A DNA stretch of 63,975 nucleotides, counting the filler, from Chiloscyllium plagiosum (lineage: Eukaryota), in the NCBI RefSeq assembly GCF_004010195.1. It is 6 parts of 6 records of this genome, joined end to end, with 100 filler letters (N's around TTAATTAATTAA, not from the genome) between each part and the next. Parts side by side here need not be neighbours in the genome. Positions count along the whole stretch, not along the records: positions 1 to 27,388 come from NC_057726.1; 5 more parts are not named here. One strand, 5' to 3'. The notes beneath the pieces are model-generated. The model worked only from the letters and a program-made list of their open reading frames with translations. It ran no database searches and had not been told where the DNA came from. This document shows, in pieces, positions 1 to 13,074 of this stretch. The position numbers were made by a program, and so were the translations under genes. Every line of letters begins with the position of its first letter. Within the stretch, counting starts at the first letter, position 1.

Positions 1-77
1 TTCACACTTTAGTGTTAAAGAAGTGGAGGAATTCCCTTCGGATAGCCTGGAGCCAGTGATCGTGGGTGTTGGGGCTG
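1..77 (-). CDS. 5' part of an Ig constant (probably C1-set) exon of a V-C1 IgSF receptor gene, truncated by the window edge
   Basis: Minus strand: acceptor ttttttattctgtgatttgcag, then phase-1 open frame (x)APTPTITGSRLSEGNSSTSLTLKCE ending just after the B-strand Cys (LTLxC). Only 25 codons are visible. Confidence 0.6.
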
Positions 78-2084
78 CTGCAAATCACAGAATAAAAAAG
101 TCATTACGGCACAATATTGAGAAACAAAAGCATTTAACTTCTCATTTTAGTTCGCTTTATTCTTTCACAATAGGTCCTATTAATTCTAAACTCATCTTTT
201 TAATTGTCACACCTCATCTATAGCGCACGTTAGAAATAAATAGCATATTGTCAATTTTATTAGGTTGTAAAGTTTAAGGCTTAAAATTACTCACTGCATG
301 AGAGGCAACAATTTGCTACCACCGTTTAGGTTTACAAAGGTGTAAGCCTCGGTGAGCAAGTTGTTGAGCCAAGCCTTTGTGCATTAAATGATCAGTGATT
401 TACACGTTCTTGGTGAAATGGTTTAACTGTGTCGGCATAGTTCTCTATCAGACCATCACAATTTATGCAATATACTTTGTTCATTTGAATAGCAGGAGAT
501 TTCAGCAATAAGTCTGTCTATGTTATATTAATTGCATGTCAACATTTCCATTATTGAGTGAATCAGTCAAAAGTCAGCTGCCACACTTGCATCCAAATCC
601 TCACACTATCATCGCCTTAGATATTCGTTGGACTGAAGGGTCTGTCTCCATGCTGAACATCTCTATGACTCTATGACTTTATGACTCTAAAGACAGAACT
701 TTTTATTGTTATGATCAAGGATTCGACTGACAATCTCAGTGCGATTGCCACTCTTCAGTTAATCTGCATCACTGAGACTTAAAATAAATTGCGAACACTT
801 CAGATGGAAGAAATGAAAATATGTACTATGGATTGATGTTATGATTGGACCAGTGAAATAGCAATGCCACTATGCCAACATCTGCAAGAGGACTGAATTG
901 TTCGCAGGGACATGTGATCAGATATAAGAGTAAACCTATGCTTATGAGTGAGGCCATGTGTTCGTGGACTTTGTTCATCTGGAGACTGCCATCCACAATT
1001 TTCCACACTGTGGGAAGAGGCGAGGAATCCATTATGATCGTTGTTTTTTAATTCTACCTGCCTCGGAATTGCCAGTTTGTGCAGAGTGCAACGTGCCAAT
1101 ATCATACATGAGGCACTTAGCAAGGTACTTTGCACTGCTACCCAGAATCTGTAAATATTGCTCAATATTGCCATTGTAATCAGATTGCAACTATTGCACA
1201 TGATATCTGTAAATATTGCCTTTGTTTAAGGTCGAAAATCTAATCTTACAATTCAAGGAAAAATGAAGAGATAAAGCACTGAAGTGTAAGTCGGGAAGCC
1301 TGACATCACCTATGCTATGATAGAAGAATGTTCACAGGTTTTAAAATAAAGCTTAGCATTTTAAGGCAGAATTAACACAGATTTATAAAGTGGAGTCGAG
1401 TTTGAAAATACATAGGCTCATTGTTTTAGGTTCTAACAAATGGGGTGATGTAGATAAAACCTTTCCAAAACGACCATTTGGGTTTGTAAAAACAAACAAC
1501 CAAAATGCTGTCATGTGAGAAGGTTTTGCTTAATTGCATAAACAGAGGGTGTGGAAATGGAGTATTGTATTTGAGGGTATTAAGAGATAGGGGTTAAATG
1601 GGCCGTAAAGATTGGCACGTTGTACTTACTGTGGATTCATAGGGATTAAAACTTGGCCCTAGCAATTTACAATGCACATCAGCAACACACACAAAGAGTC
1701 TTATTGTAGTATGCCTATGTTCACTGCTGATACAACGCTCGATGGCAAACCTTTCAGGAGGAAATGAGGTAAATGATGAAACAACTGAAGACGACTCGAT
1801 TTAGAATGATGTAATGTCGAACAGTTACACTGATCCTTGCCACAGTGAGTCAAATGCTGCGTTGATGGAAAAGGCAGCCATTCTTAGCTATCATCAGGTA
1901 TTCAGAATGTTTTCTCCGTAAAGGCTGAAAATTTTAATGAGGTCAGGAGCTGGAGGTTCTGTGCTGGAACAAAATTGGACATCAGTGAGCAGATTGTTGC
2001 TGAAGACCTACTATTTACCTAAATTACGTTAGATTGCTCATGATTATGTGATGAATAATAGAGAATCAATTAGCCTATTTTATA

Positions 2085-2370
2085 ATCTGGGGTTTACTAT
2101 TGACCAGAACCTGAACAGGACCAGCTATGTAAGTACCGTAGCTGGAAGGGCAGGTCAGATGCTAGGAATCCCAGAACAAATAATTGATCTTCTCACTCCC
2201 CAAACCCGGAGCATTATCTACAAGGTACAAGACAGGAGGGTGATGACTCCCTATTTACCTGGATGAATGCAGCTCCAATAATACTGAAGAAACTCGACCG
2301 CATCTAGCACAAAGCAGCCTGATTTACTGGTACCACATTCAAAAGCATTCAATTGCTAAACAGTGCAACC
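2085..2370 (+). mobile_element. Old non-LTR retrotransposon (L2/CR1-clade) ORF2 3' fragment
   Basis: Translates to LGFTIDQNLNRTSYVSTVAGRAGQMLGI...LLTPQTRSIIYKVQDRRVM, a typical post-RT segment; decayed. Confidence 0.7.
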
Positions 2371-4400
2371 GTTAGTTCACAGTCCAACACCCAAAAAATT
2401 ATCTTTTTGAGTTTTTGATCAATATTTCAGGAGACATAATGGGATGGTCACTCAGGAAACATTTCATAACTTATAATGAAATATTTTGCCTTAACTGGCA
2501 ATGACTTGTGGGCCTGTAGTGGTTTTACCATCGAGTTTGGCTTAGGATCCGCTCTGCCACTCAGCCAGCTGGTGTCCAACATTTCTGGATTTTTTTTGTA
2601 TAGCAGGCTCTACTCAATTCAAACTTAGTGCATACATTATTGTCACTGAAAGCCTACACTTATTCAATCTTTCCAAATCACAGCCCACTACTTGATCAAT
2701 GACAATTATACATCCTGATTGGCCTCAACAATGCATCTTTATATTAGTTTAAGAGGTTCCTGCTTGGTCTGGTTGTTTCTTAAGAGTAATGGACATTCAG
2801 GGATGGCATGCCCCACTATTTCGGATTGGTTCGTTAAAGTGTTCCTTGATATTTTGTTAAGATGTGTCTTTGAATGCTGCATATCACTGTTATTGATAAT
2901 TTTAATGAAGGCCTACTTTTCACAGGGTTTGCTGACTTCTTATGAGTCTCATACTAAACCAAACACCTCATCAGTGACTGCTTATTTTTAGAGATCATTC
3001 CTCAGGTGATGGTTTAAGTTGAAAATGAACATGCAATCGTATGGAACTAAAATAAAAGATCATAGACCATGAGTTTATGCAATTGCAAAGTGATTAATAT
3101 TTTAGATATATGGTGCTTAAGGCTTCTAATGTTAGTAATAAACACTGTCTAAGTTGTAAGTTAATGAAATGCTCTCACACATACAATCAATCTTAGTGTG
3201 GTGAAAACGTCTACAGGACTATGCAGCTGCACTCTCAAAGCTAACTGTGGTATAAATGATGCATTTTCAGCCAAATACAATTATTTCTCTTGAAAATGTT
3301 ACAAATCAAAACAGAGTTAATGGAGAACTAAATTGTTTATTGTTATTCTCGTCCCTTCCCACAATAACACAACCCATGAACTTCTTTACTGATGTTTCTT
3401 GCCAAGGATTAACAAGCTGAGAAGATGTGAGCTTGTTTAACGTTGAACATAAGATTCCCGTAATGTGGCCACTTGAAATTATATGGTGCATTTAGTTTTC
3501 AAGTAAGGATAAGCAGAGCCACGTGATATTGAAGTACTAAAATCTACATGGGCTGAACAAAATATTGTGTGACTATATCTAGATTAAAGTGATCACGAAA
3601 CATCAACATCTCTTACCTCTAAATGGACGACCATGACCATCGAGAATGACAAGAGCAGCAGATGCATTGAAAAAAAAATTATCTCTAATTTCCCCTCTTG
3701 ACATAGGAATATATCACGTTTCCTTTACTGTCACTAGGTTATAATGCACGCTAACAGCATTATGGGTATGCCTGTACTAAAATGATTGCAGCAGTTCAAG
3801 ATGGCGGCTCACTGCATTCTCACGCACAATCACAGATTATGAATAAATTTTTGTTCTATGATGCCCGCATGTGCTTAATGGAAAAAAGAGGCCATTATAG
3901 GAAAAAAGATAGTGGGAAAGTTTGTTGTAAATGTTAAGGCATTCTAAATTCAAATTTATGCAAAATAATTTCAAAGACATGGTGCAAGGTTCAGTCAACA
4001 GGTGGGTCCATAGTTTTGCTCCTTAAATGCACATTTGAAATGTGGTTCACATTGGTCAAATATTTATCTCCTTCCCATATTTAAACAGTTAATCAAATCC
4101 GCTCAATATAAAAGCAAGATACAAAATTCAAGTAACGTTCAATTTATTCTTACGGTGTAACCTTCCAGTTCGACAGATCACAATTATGAATGGGGCTGAT
4201 TTAAAATCTTGGCTATATCATAGTAATGAAATAAGCTGGAGGATTTGTGATGCCGTGTGAATGGTTCCATAGTTTGTGTTTTGAGACCAAGCCCAAGACT
4301 TGATGTCCTCAGAAGGCATCCTATCTGCTCAGTGCAGGGTATAAGAGCAGCTAAGTCATGCTTAATGTGGAGATGCACTCCTCAAATTATACCGACGATT

Positions 4401-4442
4401 ATGTTCAATATTCTTTGTTTGCTTCATACACCATTCAGCATG
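4401..4442 (+). pseudogene. Possible decayed leader exon of the NCR3-like gene
   Basis: ATG...MFNILCLLHTPFSM followed by GTATGA donor, with a TATA-like GTATAAG about 60 nt upstream. It is phase 0 while the V exon needs phase 1, so a 1-nt loss must be assumed. Confidence 0.3.
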
Positions 4443-5642
4443 GTATGAATAGAGAATGACGAAATTGACATAAAACTGAGATATATGATAAGTCCTCCAT
4501 TATCAAACACATTTAGAAATGTAAATTAACTCAATCTCACTGTTGAGTTTGCGATATTGTCAGAACATTGACCTGCCATTTACTGCACATACTCGGTGTC
4601 TTTGAGTAACATCAGCCACTGGATGCAGTGGAAATCTTCAAATCGCAACCTGAGATCTTAAAATCGTCCAAAAACATAAAAAGACATGAAGCACAAAGCG
4701 TGATTTGCTAAAACTGATAACTGATTTCGTGAAAAAAGCAAGATGTGAAAATACGTGCTCACTTTTAACCTAACACTGCAACTGTTGAAAAGCTATGAAA
4801 AAACACACACTATTAAAATCGCCGAAGCTACACACAAGTAACGATAAACTAATGGTTACCCTACCCTCCGGACTATATGTGACCCTAGTATTGACCTAAT
4901 ATTGTTGATTGTTAGCATAATGTCTATTGTATTTAATTGTGTGGATAAACGAGCACGATTCGGAATACAATTGCTATCCTGTAATTTCTGAAATAAGTTG
5001 TGCATGAAAATTGGTCAATATTAGGATCACATAGACCACTGATTACCCAGGGCCAAATATCCCTTTGATAGCTGCCCAAAACATTCATGATACTTTCACC
5101 ATTAAGGAAATGTTTAATGTTCTGTGTCAATAGAGAAGATTATGAGACTATTTCGGGCAAAATTCTTCTTAGAGACCAGCAGAGGAAACCGCCTACTTTT
5201 GCAATGCTCAGGATAGCCGGATAGAATATGTTATGCTCATACTGTGACATCTCATATCCCGACCACACATTTCATATACTTATCTACGAAATTCATTTCT
5301 TAAACCAACCATTCAGGGAACAATACTCGATTTAAGCAAGTTGCTAATTATCTTTGGTTATTATTACAACGTGCTGGTGAGAATTGCAGTTCAGCACAAG
5401 TTTCTTCTGATTATAATCCCATCAGGTAACACTACCTCTTACTTGAATCTCATCAAAATAGCTTCAGTCCAATATTTGTTCCATACAAAATTCATTTGTA
5501 ATGCATTTCAGTATTGTATATGCTCCAAGTCGATGTGTGTGCTTCTGCATTGCCTTTTTTGTGTTTTATTATCCTTTGATATGCATTGCTTTCTCTGATT
5601 GAAGCAACTTTCATCATAATCCTACTTTGTTTTTAATGATAG

Positions 5643-5948
5643 CCACCGAAATAACTTCGAGTCAAGTAGATCAGTTCCCCAAACTCATGAAGGCCATCAA
5701 AGGTGACAATATTTCCATGTTCTGCACATTCTCCATATTTGAAGATGCTCCTGAAGCATTTTGGTGGAGACTCAATGTGGATTCATTTCTGGAACTTGAC
5801 AGCAAAAAGCAATTTCATGCACAGAAAGGAAGGAGTTAACCTCATTTACTCAATGTCACTGTTGCAGATTCCGAAATGCATTATTGTAAAATAAAGCATC
5901 AGCAAACCACCTTCGGAGCTAGAAGTGGCTCGTTGTTGGCTGTGTGTG
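5643..5948 (+). pseudogene. Germline-joined VJ Ig exon of an NKp30/NCR3-like receptor, one in-frame stop
   Basis: Acceptor ctttgtttttaatgatag, donor G|GTCAGT, 306 nt, phase 1-1. Reads TEITSSQVDQFPKLMKAIKGDNISMFCTF...AFWWR...KGRS*PHLLNVTVADSEMHYCKIKHQQTTFGARSGSLLAVC: B-strand Cys, C-strand Trp, DxxxxYC and a J-like G strand in one exon. TAA at 5837-5839; no RSS. Confidence 0.82.
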
Positions 5949-6049
5949 GTCAGTCGCATTGTACCGGGGATAGGCGCATTTCAATTCTGTGTGGTAAATA
6001 AAACTTGAGCATTATTACCACTCGAAAACCTGATGGTAGGGAATCCTGT

Positions 6050-6285
6050 ACATATGAAAGAACTGAAACCAACATGGCCATTCTAAAAGATGAGACTTAA
6101 CAAACAATCCAAGTTTTTTCAATTTTTAATTTCAGTTACATCACACTGTAAACGTTTGCTATAAACTCTGTGTCTTACAACCTTATACTCCACAACCACC
6201 TGGTGAAGGGGCAGTGCTTCGAAAGCTAGTGCTTACACATTAACCTGTTGGACTATAACCTGGCGTTGTGTGATCTTTAACTACA
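6050..6285 (+). mobile_element. Penelope-like element terminal (pLTR) fragment with degenerate hammerhead core
   Basis: Same sequence as 14390-14560 and 26960-27190; core reads CTGGTGA...GAAAGCTAGTG at 6197-6231. Confidence 0.75.
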
Positions 6286-7530
6286 AAATACTGATTTAAT
6301 TCAATTCATCACAAATAATTGACTTAATACAAACTCAGAATAGAAATCTCCTGCTACAGCCGTGAATATTTTATAAAGCAGCTGGCATTTCAATCCACTG
6401 TTTTAACTTTACAAACCATCATGTTTTACTGTACATCAAATTGACCGAAACTTGAGTCGGATAACTTTTTTTAACTATTAACGTTAAGGGAGTAGAATTA
6501 TGTCAGGCAAGAAGAATTGGGGTGTAATCAAGCTTGATCTAAATGAAGGTCAAGATATGTTCGAGGGATAGAATGGATATACTGCTTCCCGTGTTTGAGC
6601 ATTACGCTCTGTAGGTGCATCCATTGATTAAATTTTTGAGACAGCGAACCAAAGCAATCCTGCAAACCCAACGTAATCCTACAAACCATTGTTGCCAATG
6701 CTGGTTTGCAGCCCACGTCCTAGATTTTGAATCTTTCTGTGAATTTCTGCCATTGGTCACTTGAGTTGTTTTTCATACATTCTTGAATGGTTTACCGTTT
6801 GCGAATAAGTTGTCCTCCAACATTTCTGTAAATGCATCGATTTTGTAATTTTAATTTGCGATATTAATTTATCACACAATGGATACAAGTGAGTTCAGAA
6901 TATTGTGGTCATTCTTGGACAATCTATTGCATTACATGAGAAAGCTAAAACAAATCCATTGTTAAGGAATAGAAAATTTAACTGACGAATCAATGCAACC
7001 CAATAATTTTACAGCAGATTGAACAGGCATGGTATGTGCATGAAAATTCAAATGTTCATGAATTGGTGAGTAACACAGCAGGCAGGTCAAATGTATTAAA
7101 TGGTCTCGGGAAATGGTAAGATCCCTGAAAATATGCAAAACAGGCTATGTAAGCTTGAATTTATACTTCAATATTGCTTCAATTATGCATGCATTGAATT
7201 AAACAATAAGAGAAAACATACCTTATTCGGCTAAGTGCAAGAAGTTTCAAGTTTTCTGGAGTGATTGTCGCTGATAGGCGGACTGCTATTTCTTCGACAC
7301 ATCTTTTCAAACTTGTTGCATTAATTGTTGACTGAGCCCTCACAGCCAGAATCAGCCTTATTTCCTTCTCACCTTAGCAGAAGCCACTCCCAGAGCAATT
7401 GGCCACTCACCTGGATCCCGAAATTCATCAATACGTCATGCATTATATTTGAATTGTTGTTCTGCTCCCGGACAAGTACTGTCAGTGCAGAGCTGCTCTG
7501 TGCATGTCCTTACGTTTGTCACGGACATAG

Positions 7531-7746
7531 CAGAAAGTGAGGACTGCAGATGCTGGAGAGTCAGAGTCGAAAAGCGTGGCACTGAAAAACCGCAGCCGGT
7601 CAGGCAGCATCCGAGGAGCAGAAGACGTTTCACGCATAAGCTCTGCATCATTGATGAAAGGCTAAAGCCCAAAATATCGACTCACCTGCTCCTCGGATGC
7701 TGCCGGACCTGCTATGCTTTTCTGGCGCCACACCTTTCGACTTTGT
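7531..7746. repeat. Fold-back inverted repeat of a Penelope-like terminal sequence
   Basis: The arm agtcgaaaagcgtggcac...ggtcaggcagcatccgaggagcag...catca is mirrored by tgatga...ctgctcctcggatgctgccggacc...gcgccacacctttcgact, with a centre near 7650. Confidence 0.8.
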
Positions 7747-8399
7747 CATAACATGGCAGACAGGGGTAAATCTGACAGCTTTTTTTGTGTGTATGGTCCT
7801 GCTACTCTTGCTGGAAGGGCTACTGCACGAGTAGGATTTTCTCCATTCCACGAAAAGCAGTGGAGGCCATGACAGCAGACCATGCGAGTCTGATCTTATG
7901 TTGTCAATGGTTCTGAAGCAATAAGCGTCTCTTTCGGAGAACAAAATGCCTTTGAAATATCAATTAACTCTTATTCCCAGGTGCAGCCTTAGGTGTAGCA
8001 CTGAAAACCTTGATCAGTTTGACCAGTGGGCTGAGCAGTGGCAGACGGAGTTTAATTAAGATAAATGCGAGGTTCTACATTTTGGAAAGGCCAACCAAGG
8101 CAAGACTTATACATTTAATGTCAGGTAAGGTCCTGGAGAATTTTGCTAAACAAACAGACCTTCGAATGCAAGTGTATAGTTCCTTGAAAGTGGATAGGAT
8201 AATCAATAAGGCCTATGCTTGCCTTTATTGTTTAATGTATTGAGTCCTGTACGTGGGTCGGAGATGTGCAACTGAGGATTCATAGATGCTGGCACATGTC
8301 GGAGTACCACTGTCTGCAGATGAGTGGTATTTGAGCTAGTGTCCGTGGTGCATGCCAAAGACGTCCATTTTCAGTGACCAACTTGGAGTTTATTGAGAT

Positions 8400-8443
8400 C
8401 AAGCAACTAGTTATCCTCAGCCAAGCAACTAGTTATCCTCAGC
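8400..8443 (+). repeat. Perfect 22-bp tandem duplication
   Basis: caagcaactagttatcctcagc x2. Confidence 0.9.
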
Positions 8444-8456
8444 AAGAAGTCGCTGT

Positions 8457-8746
8457 GATTAGATTACTTACAGTGTGAAAACAGGCCCTTCGACCCAACA
8501 AGTCCACACCGACCCGCCGAAGCGCAACCCAGCCATTCCCCCATATTTACCTCTTTACGTAACACTGCGGGCAATTTAGCATGGCCAATTCACCTGGCCT
8601 GCGCATCTTTGGACTGTGCGAGGAAACCCATGCAGACATGGGGAGAATGTGCAAACTCCACACAGTCAGTCGCCTGAGTCGGGAATTGAACCCGGGTCTC
8701 TGGCGGTGTGAGGCAGCAGTGCTAACCACTGTGCCACTGTGCCGCA
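8457..8746 (-). mobile_element. tRNA-derived SINE (shark HE1/V-SINE type)
   Basis: Minus strand: A box TGGCACAGTGG, B box GGGTTCAATTCCC, core tgtgtggagtttgcacattctcccc, LINE-like 3' tail (gggtcgaagggcctgtt...) and a short terminal repeat. Confidence 0.88.
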
Positions 8747-9228
8747 CATAAATTCAACCCGTTAATTCAATGTTGAGATTTCCAGGCTAGTAGTTTACAA
8801 ATGCAACTTAGAAATGTCACAACGTATGGGAGCTGAGTTCTTAACAAGCTGTTTAACGATTTTGGAACTCGCCACTGTCAGGCGAGTATTTCACTTTGGT
8901 GCTTCAGCAAAGGGGAAAAATGCAGCAAGATGTTTTCTCCCTGAGTTGAAAATCCCACCTGATTCTGCCACTCATCTCGCCATAACGTATGCTGCTCAAA
9001 GTTTGGTAAGATTCTATACAATGCCACACAAATGACAGTAATAGCTCTTCATGAAGTGACAAATGTTCCAACTCTTAATCAGTACCCCACTCCACCCCAA
9101 CCCGTGGGAATATTTCTCAGGTAAAAATCCCATAAACTAAAAGCTTCATCACAGACATAGAAATGTTTGTGCTCAATTGAATTGGACAAGTTTTAATCAG
9201 TGTATAAGCAATTCTGAAATCTTCACAG

Positions 9229-9291
9229 GAGCTGAAGATATCTCTGTCAATTCAACATTCATGTAAATCAACATAAGTTCTGTACTGCATG
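9229..9291 (+). pseudogene. Stalk exon of the NCR3-like gene
   Basis: tcttcacag| ... G|GTATGT, 63 nt, phase 1-1. Reads (G)AEDISVNSTFM*INISSVLH with two N-glycan sequons; TAA at 9264-9266. Confidence 0.55.
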
Positions 9292-9587
9292 GTATGTTTG
9301 AAAATGACTTTTCTTTTTTAGAAAATGAATAAATTCTTTAATAAAGTGCTGGCCATTAAGGGAAAAACAAGATATGGTTCCAATCCATATGCATTATGAT
9401 TCGGTCTGTCTGATATATTTGGAGACAACATTAAATGGAACCATCATTACTGAGGTTAGCTAGTGTCAGAATCTGCTGCATATCTTGGAATAATTATAAA
9501 ATGTGAAAAAAGGAGAGTAAAGATAAGCAATATAACAGATTACCTGGTCACATTCATGATATAAGGTCACTACTTGGGATTACAAAG

Positions 9588-12500
9588 TTACAATGTGTGT
9601 GCGTATCTGTCTTTCTGTCTGGGCTGGGGGTTTGTGAATGTGAGAGAGAATGTGTATGTGTGTTTATGTGATGGAGAGTGTCTTAAGTCTGTGAGGGGGT
9701 GCATGTAAGAGTGTGGGTGTGTGCGTGTGTGTCTGGGATGGGGGGTTATGAATGACTGTGAGAATGAGTGTATAAATGTGTGCGTGAGTGTAGAGTGATC
9801 TAAGTCTGTGAGAGGATGCATGTGTGAGTGTGGGAGTGTGTGTATCTGTAAGGGTGTGTGTGAGTGTCTGTGTGCATGTTTGTGTATACGTGTGTCCGTG
9901 TGTAAGTATGTGTTTAGGAATGCCTGTGCGTGTGTGTGTGCACGCGTAGGAGTGTCTGTATGTGTGTATTGTGCAATGGTGGTCACCTGTAATGTGACAT
10001 GACCCAAGATCCCGGTTGAGGCCCTCCTTATGGGTACAGAGCTTAGCTATCAGCCTCTGCTCAGCCACTTTTCGCGGCTGCCTGTCCCGAAGTCTTCCTT
10101 GGAGGATGGTCACCCGAAGGTCCGAGGACGAATGTCTCGGACTACTGAAGTGTTCCCCAACTGGGAGGGGAAACTCCTGTCTGTTGATTGTTGTGCAGTG
10201 TCCATTCATCCGTTTCCATAGCCTTTGCTCAGTTTCCCCAATGCACCATGCCTCAGGGCATCCTTGCCTGCAACGTAAAAGATAGACAACATTGGCTGAG
10301 TCACATAAATACATGCCACGTACATGGTTTGAGGTGTCCCCATATGTAATGGTGGTATCCATGTCCACACTCTGACACATCTTGCAGCGCCTACCATGAC
10401 AGGGTTGTATGGATTTTACCTGAAGGCCAGGCAGCTTTCTACGAACAATGATCTGTTTGAGGTTTGGCAGTTGTTTAAAGACGAAAAGTGAAGACGTGGG
10501 GAAGGTCTTGGCGAGGTACTCGTCGTCATTGATAATGTGTTGCAGGTCACGAAGAACATGGTGTAGTTTTTCAGTTCCTGGAAATTACTGGACAACGAAG
10601 GGTACCCTGTTGTTTGCAGCACATGTCTGTCTCCTGAGGAGATCATAACGGTTCCTTGCTGTGGCACGTGAGAACTGGCAGTCGATGAATTGAGCATTGT
10701 ATCCCGTTCATATGAGGGCATCCCTGAGTACTTCCAGGTGACCGTCACGTTCCTCCTCATCTGAACAGATCCGGTCTACTCATAGGGCTTGTCCCTAGGG
10801 GATGGCTGTTTTAATATGTTTTGAGTGGAAGTTGAAGAAGTAAAGCATTGTGAGGTTTTCTGTGGATTTGAGGTAGGGTGTGGTGCTGAGGTGTCCATCC
10901 TTGCATGTGTTCAAGAATGAGACAGATAGTAGAGAGTAGTCCACGGTGAGTTTGATGGTGGAATGAAACTTGTTGATATCACTGTATAGTTTTACCAGTG
11001 ACTCCTCGCCATGGGTCCAGAGGAAGAAAATGTCGTCAATGCACCTGGTGTAAATGTTGCTGGATGTCCTGCATAGAGAAAAAGTCTTGTTTGAAACTGT
11101 GCATGAAGATGTTGGCATTCTGGGGTGCAAATGTGGTCCACATAGCTGTTCCATGTGTCTTGATTAAGAACTGGTTTTCAAAAGTGAAGACATTGTGATC
11201 GAGGATAAAGCAGATGATATGTTGGACGGTGTTTGGAGATAGGCAGTTGTTGCTGTTGAGTACTGAGGCTGTTGCCACGATGCCGTCATTGTGGGGGAAG
11301 CTGGAGTAGAGTGCTGAAGCGTCCATTGTGGCGACTGGTCCGTATATGCTGAGTTTTGGATAAGAAACCCGTAGTGTCACGACAGAAGCTGGGGATCCCC
11401 TCTAAAATAGGTTTCAAGATGCCTTCACCATAGCTAGAGAGATTTGCACACAGGATCCCATGTGTGATGGGATGTCCTGGTGTGTTAGTTTTGTGTGCCG
11501 TGGAAGGCAGTAGATGTCGCCTACACGAGAAGTATGTTGGATGAAGGTGCGTAGGGAACTCTGAAGGACTGGATCCAAAGTCCTGATCAATGTGTTTAAT
11601 TCACTATTGTGTTCTTTGGTCAGATCAGCTGGTAGTTGCCTGTAGTATTCCTTGTTGTTCAGTTGTCGATGCACTTCCTTGCCTTAATCTGTTCTATTCT
11701 GAATGACAATGACTCCTCCTTTATCTGCTGGTTTGATGAAAATATTGTGATTGGTTTTGAGAGCCTCGATGGTGTTGCGTTGTGAACGGGTGATATTTTG
11801 CTCTACCTTGTGGGTACGGCTGATGAATCTGGCATTTATATATTTCCTGACGGTTTGAGCATTCACGTCAAGCCAAGGGCAGCGGCCCTCCATTGGAGTC
11901 CAAGTTGACACCTTCTTTGATCGCTCCTCTACAGATCCCAGTGATGACTGTTCCAGTTCATCAATGGATCACTGCTGACACCTTGAAAGAATTCCCAGAG
12001 TCTCATTCGTCTGATGAACTCCTCCATGTCTGCTACAAGAAAAAACAGTTCCATTTTGGTAGTGGGACAGAAGTTGAGACCCCTGCTCAGGACTTCAAAT
12101 TCTTCCTGTCGAAGGGTATGGTCTGATAAGTTGATAGTAGAGATAATGTTATCTACAGTGGTGCCATGGTGGGCTTTGCTAGTACTGGTGAGAATGCCAA
12201 GTTTCTCCAGTTTTTCTTTGTTCTTGGTGTGCATATAAGTGGTGTAGTTTTGTCGCCTTGTCTGTTTGGCAATGTTGCATAATTGTACTGCTGTATCCTG
12301 AGCGCAGGATGAGACAGTGGACTCCATCTGAATTTCAAGGTTGTGGCGCCTGCTGTAGAGTTGGTGCACGAGATAATTGAGGAGTTTGCGAGAGGTGCAG
12401 TGGCAAGTTCTCCCTGTGTAGTCTGTGTTGTAGGTTGATTTGATTGGGTTCATGATCTGTAATCCTTTTGGGATCTTTCCCGCTTGCCTGTATTTCTGTA

Positions 12501-13070
12501 GAAACTTGATGCCTGTATTGATATGTGCAATCTTCTTGAAGATCCTCTCCACATTAAGCTGGCAGTTAGTGGTGTCGATAGTAGTCATGATTTGAAGATG
12601 CCGTATTGGACTAGGGTGTACAAAGTTAAAAGTTACACGACACAAGGTTATACTCCAACAGGTTTAATTGGAAGCACACCAGCTTTCGGAGTGCTGCTCC
12701 TCCATCAGGTGGTTGTGGAGGACACAATTGTAAGACAGAATTTATAGCAAAGGTTTACACTATGATGTAATTAAAATTAAGCATTGAAAAATACTTTGAT
12801 TGTTTGTTGAGTCTTTCATCTGTTCGAATACCATGATAGTTTCACTTCTTTCATGTGTAAATCACAAAACTTTTTTTTAAAGTTGCACTCTTAGGTTATC
12901 TGTAACAATTGGTGTTAGCTAGGCAATATGTCGAAGGTGTTAGCCCCCTGTGTTCTTCGTCTGTGCCATGATGTTAAGACTGATTCTGATCTAAAAAGTG
13001 AGATAACAGAGTCTTACATGAATTCATGCAGTTTTTGAGCAAAGTACAATGTAACTCTACAAGAAAAAAT
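9588..13070 (-). mobile_element. Near full-length Penelope-like element (RT + GIY-YIG endonuclease), frameshifted
   Basis: Fragments LSRGLNFCP, IKPADKGGVIV, TMDASALYSSFP, HGTAM, CIDDIFFLW (RT) and NVVYLLRC...WCIGET...GEHF...GLN (GIY-YIG). CA-rich tail 9590-9970; pLTR about 12590-13070. Confidence 0.92.
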
Positions 13071-13074
13071 CATC

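Noticed and set aside
7015-7065. AG...GTGAGT-bounded 51-nt mini-exon
   Set aside because: Open only in phase 0, incompatible with the flanking phase-1 exons.
7378-7440. Possible second 63-nt stalk exon (AEATPRAIGHSPGSRNSSIRH)
   Set aside because: Good acceptor but no convincing donor; cannot be supported without cDNA.
8660-8746. tRNA gene (A and B boxes)
   Set aside because: It is the head of a SINE, continuing into SINE core and LINE-derived tail.
9588-10007. His/Thr-rich ORF
   Set aside because: Translation of the CA-rich tail of the Penelope element.
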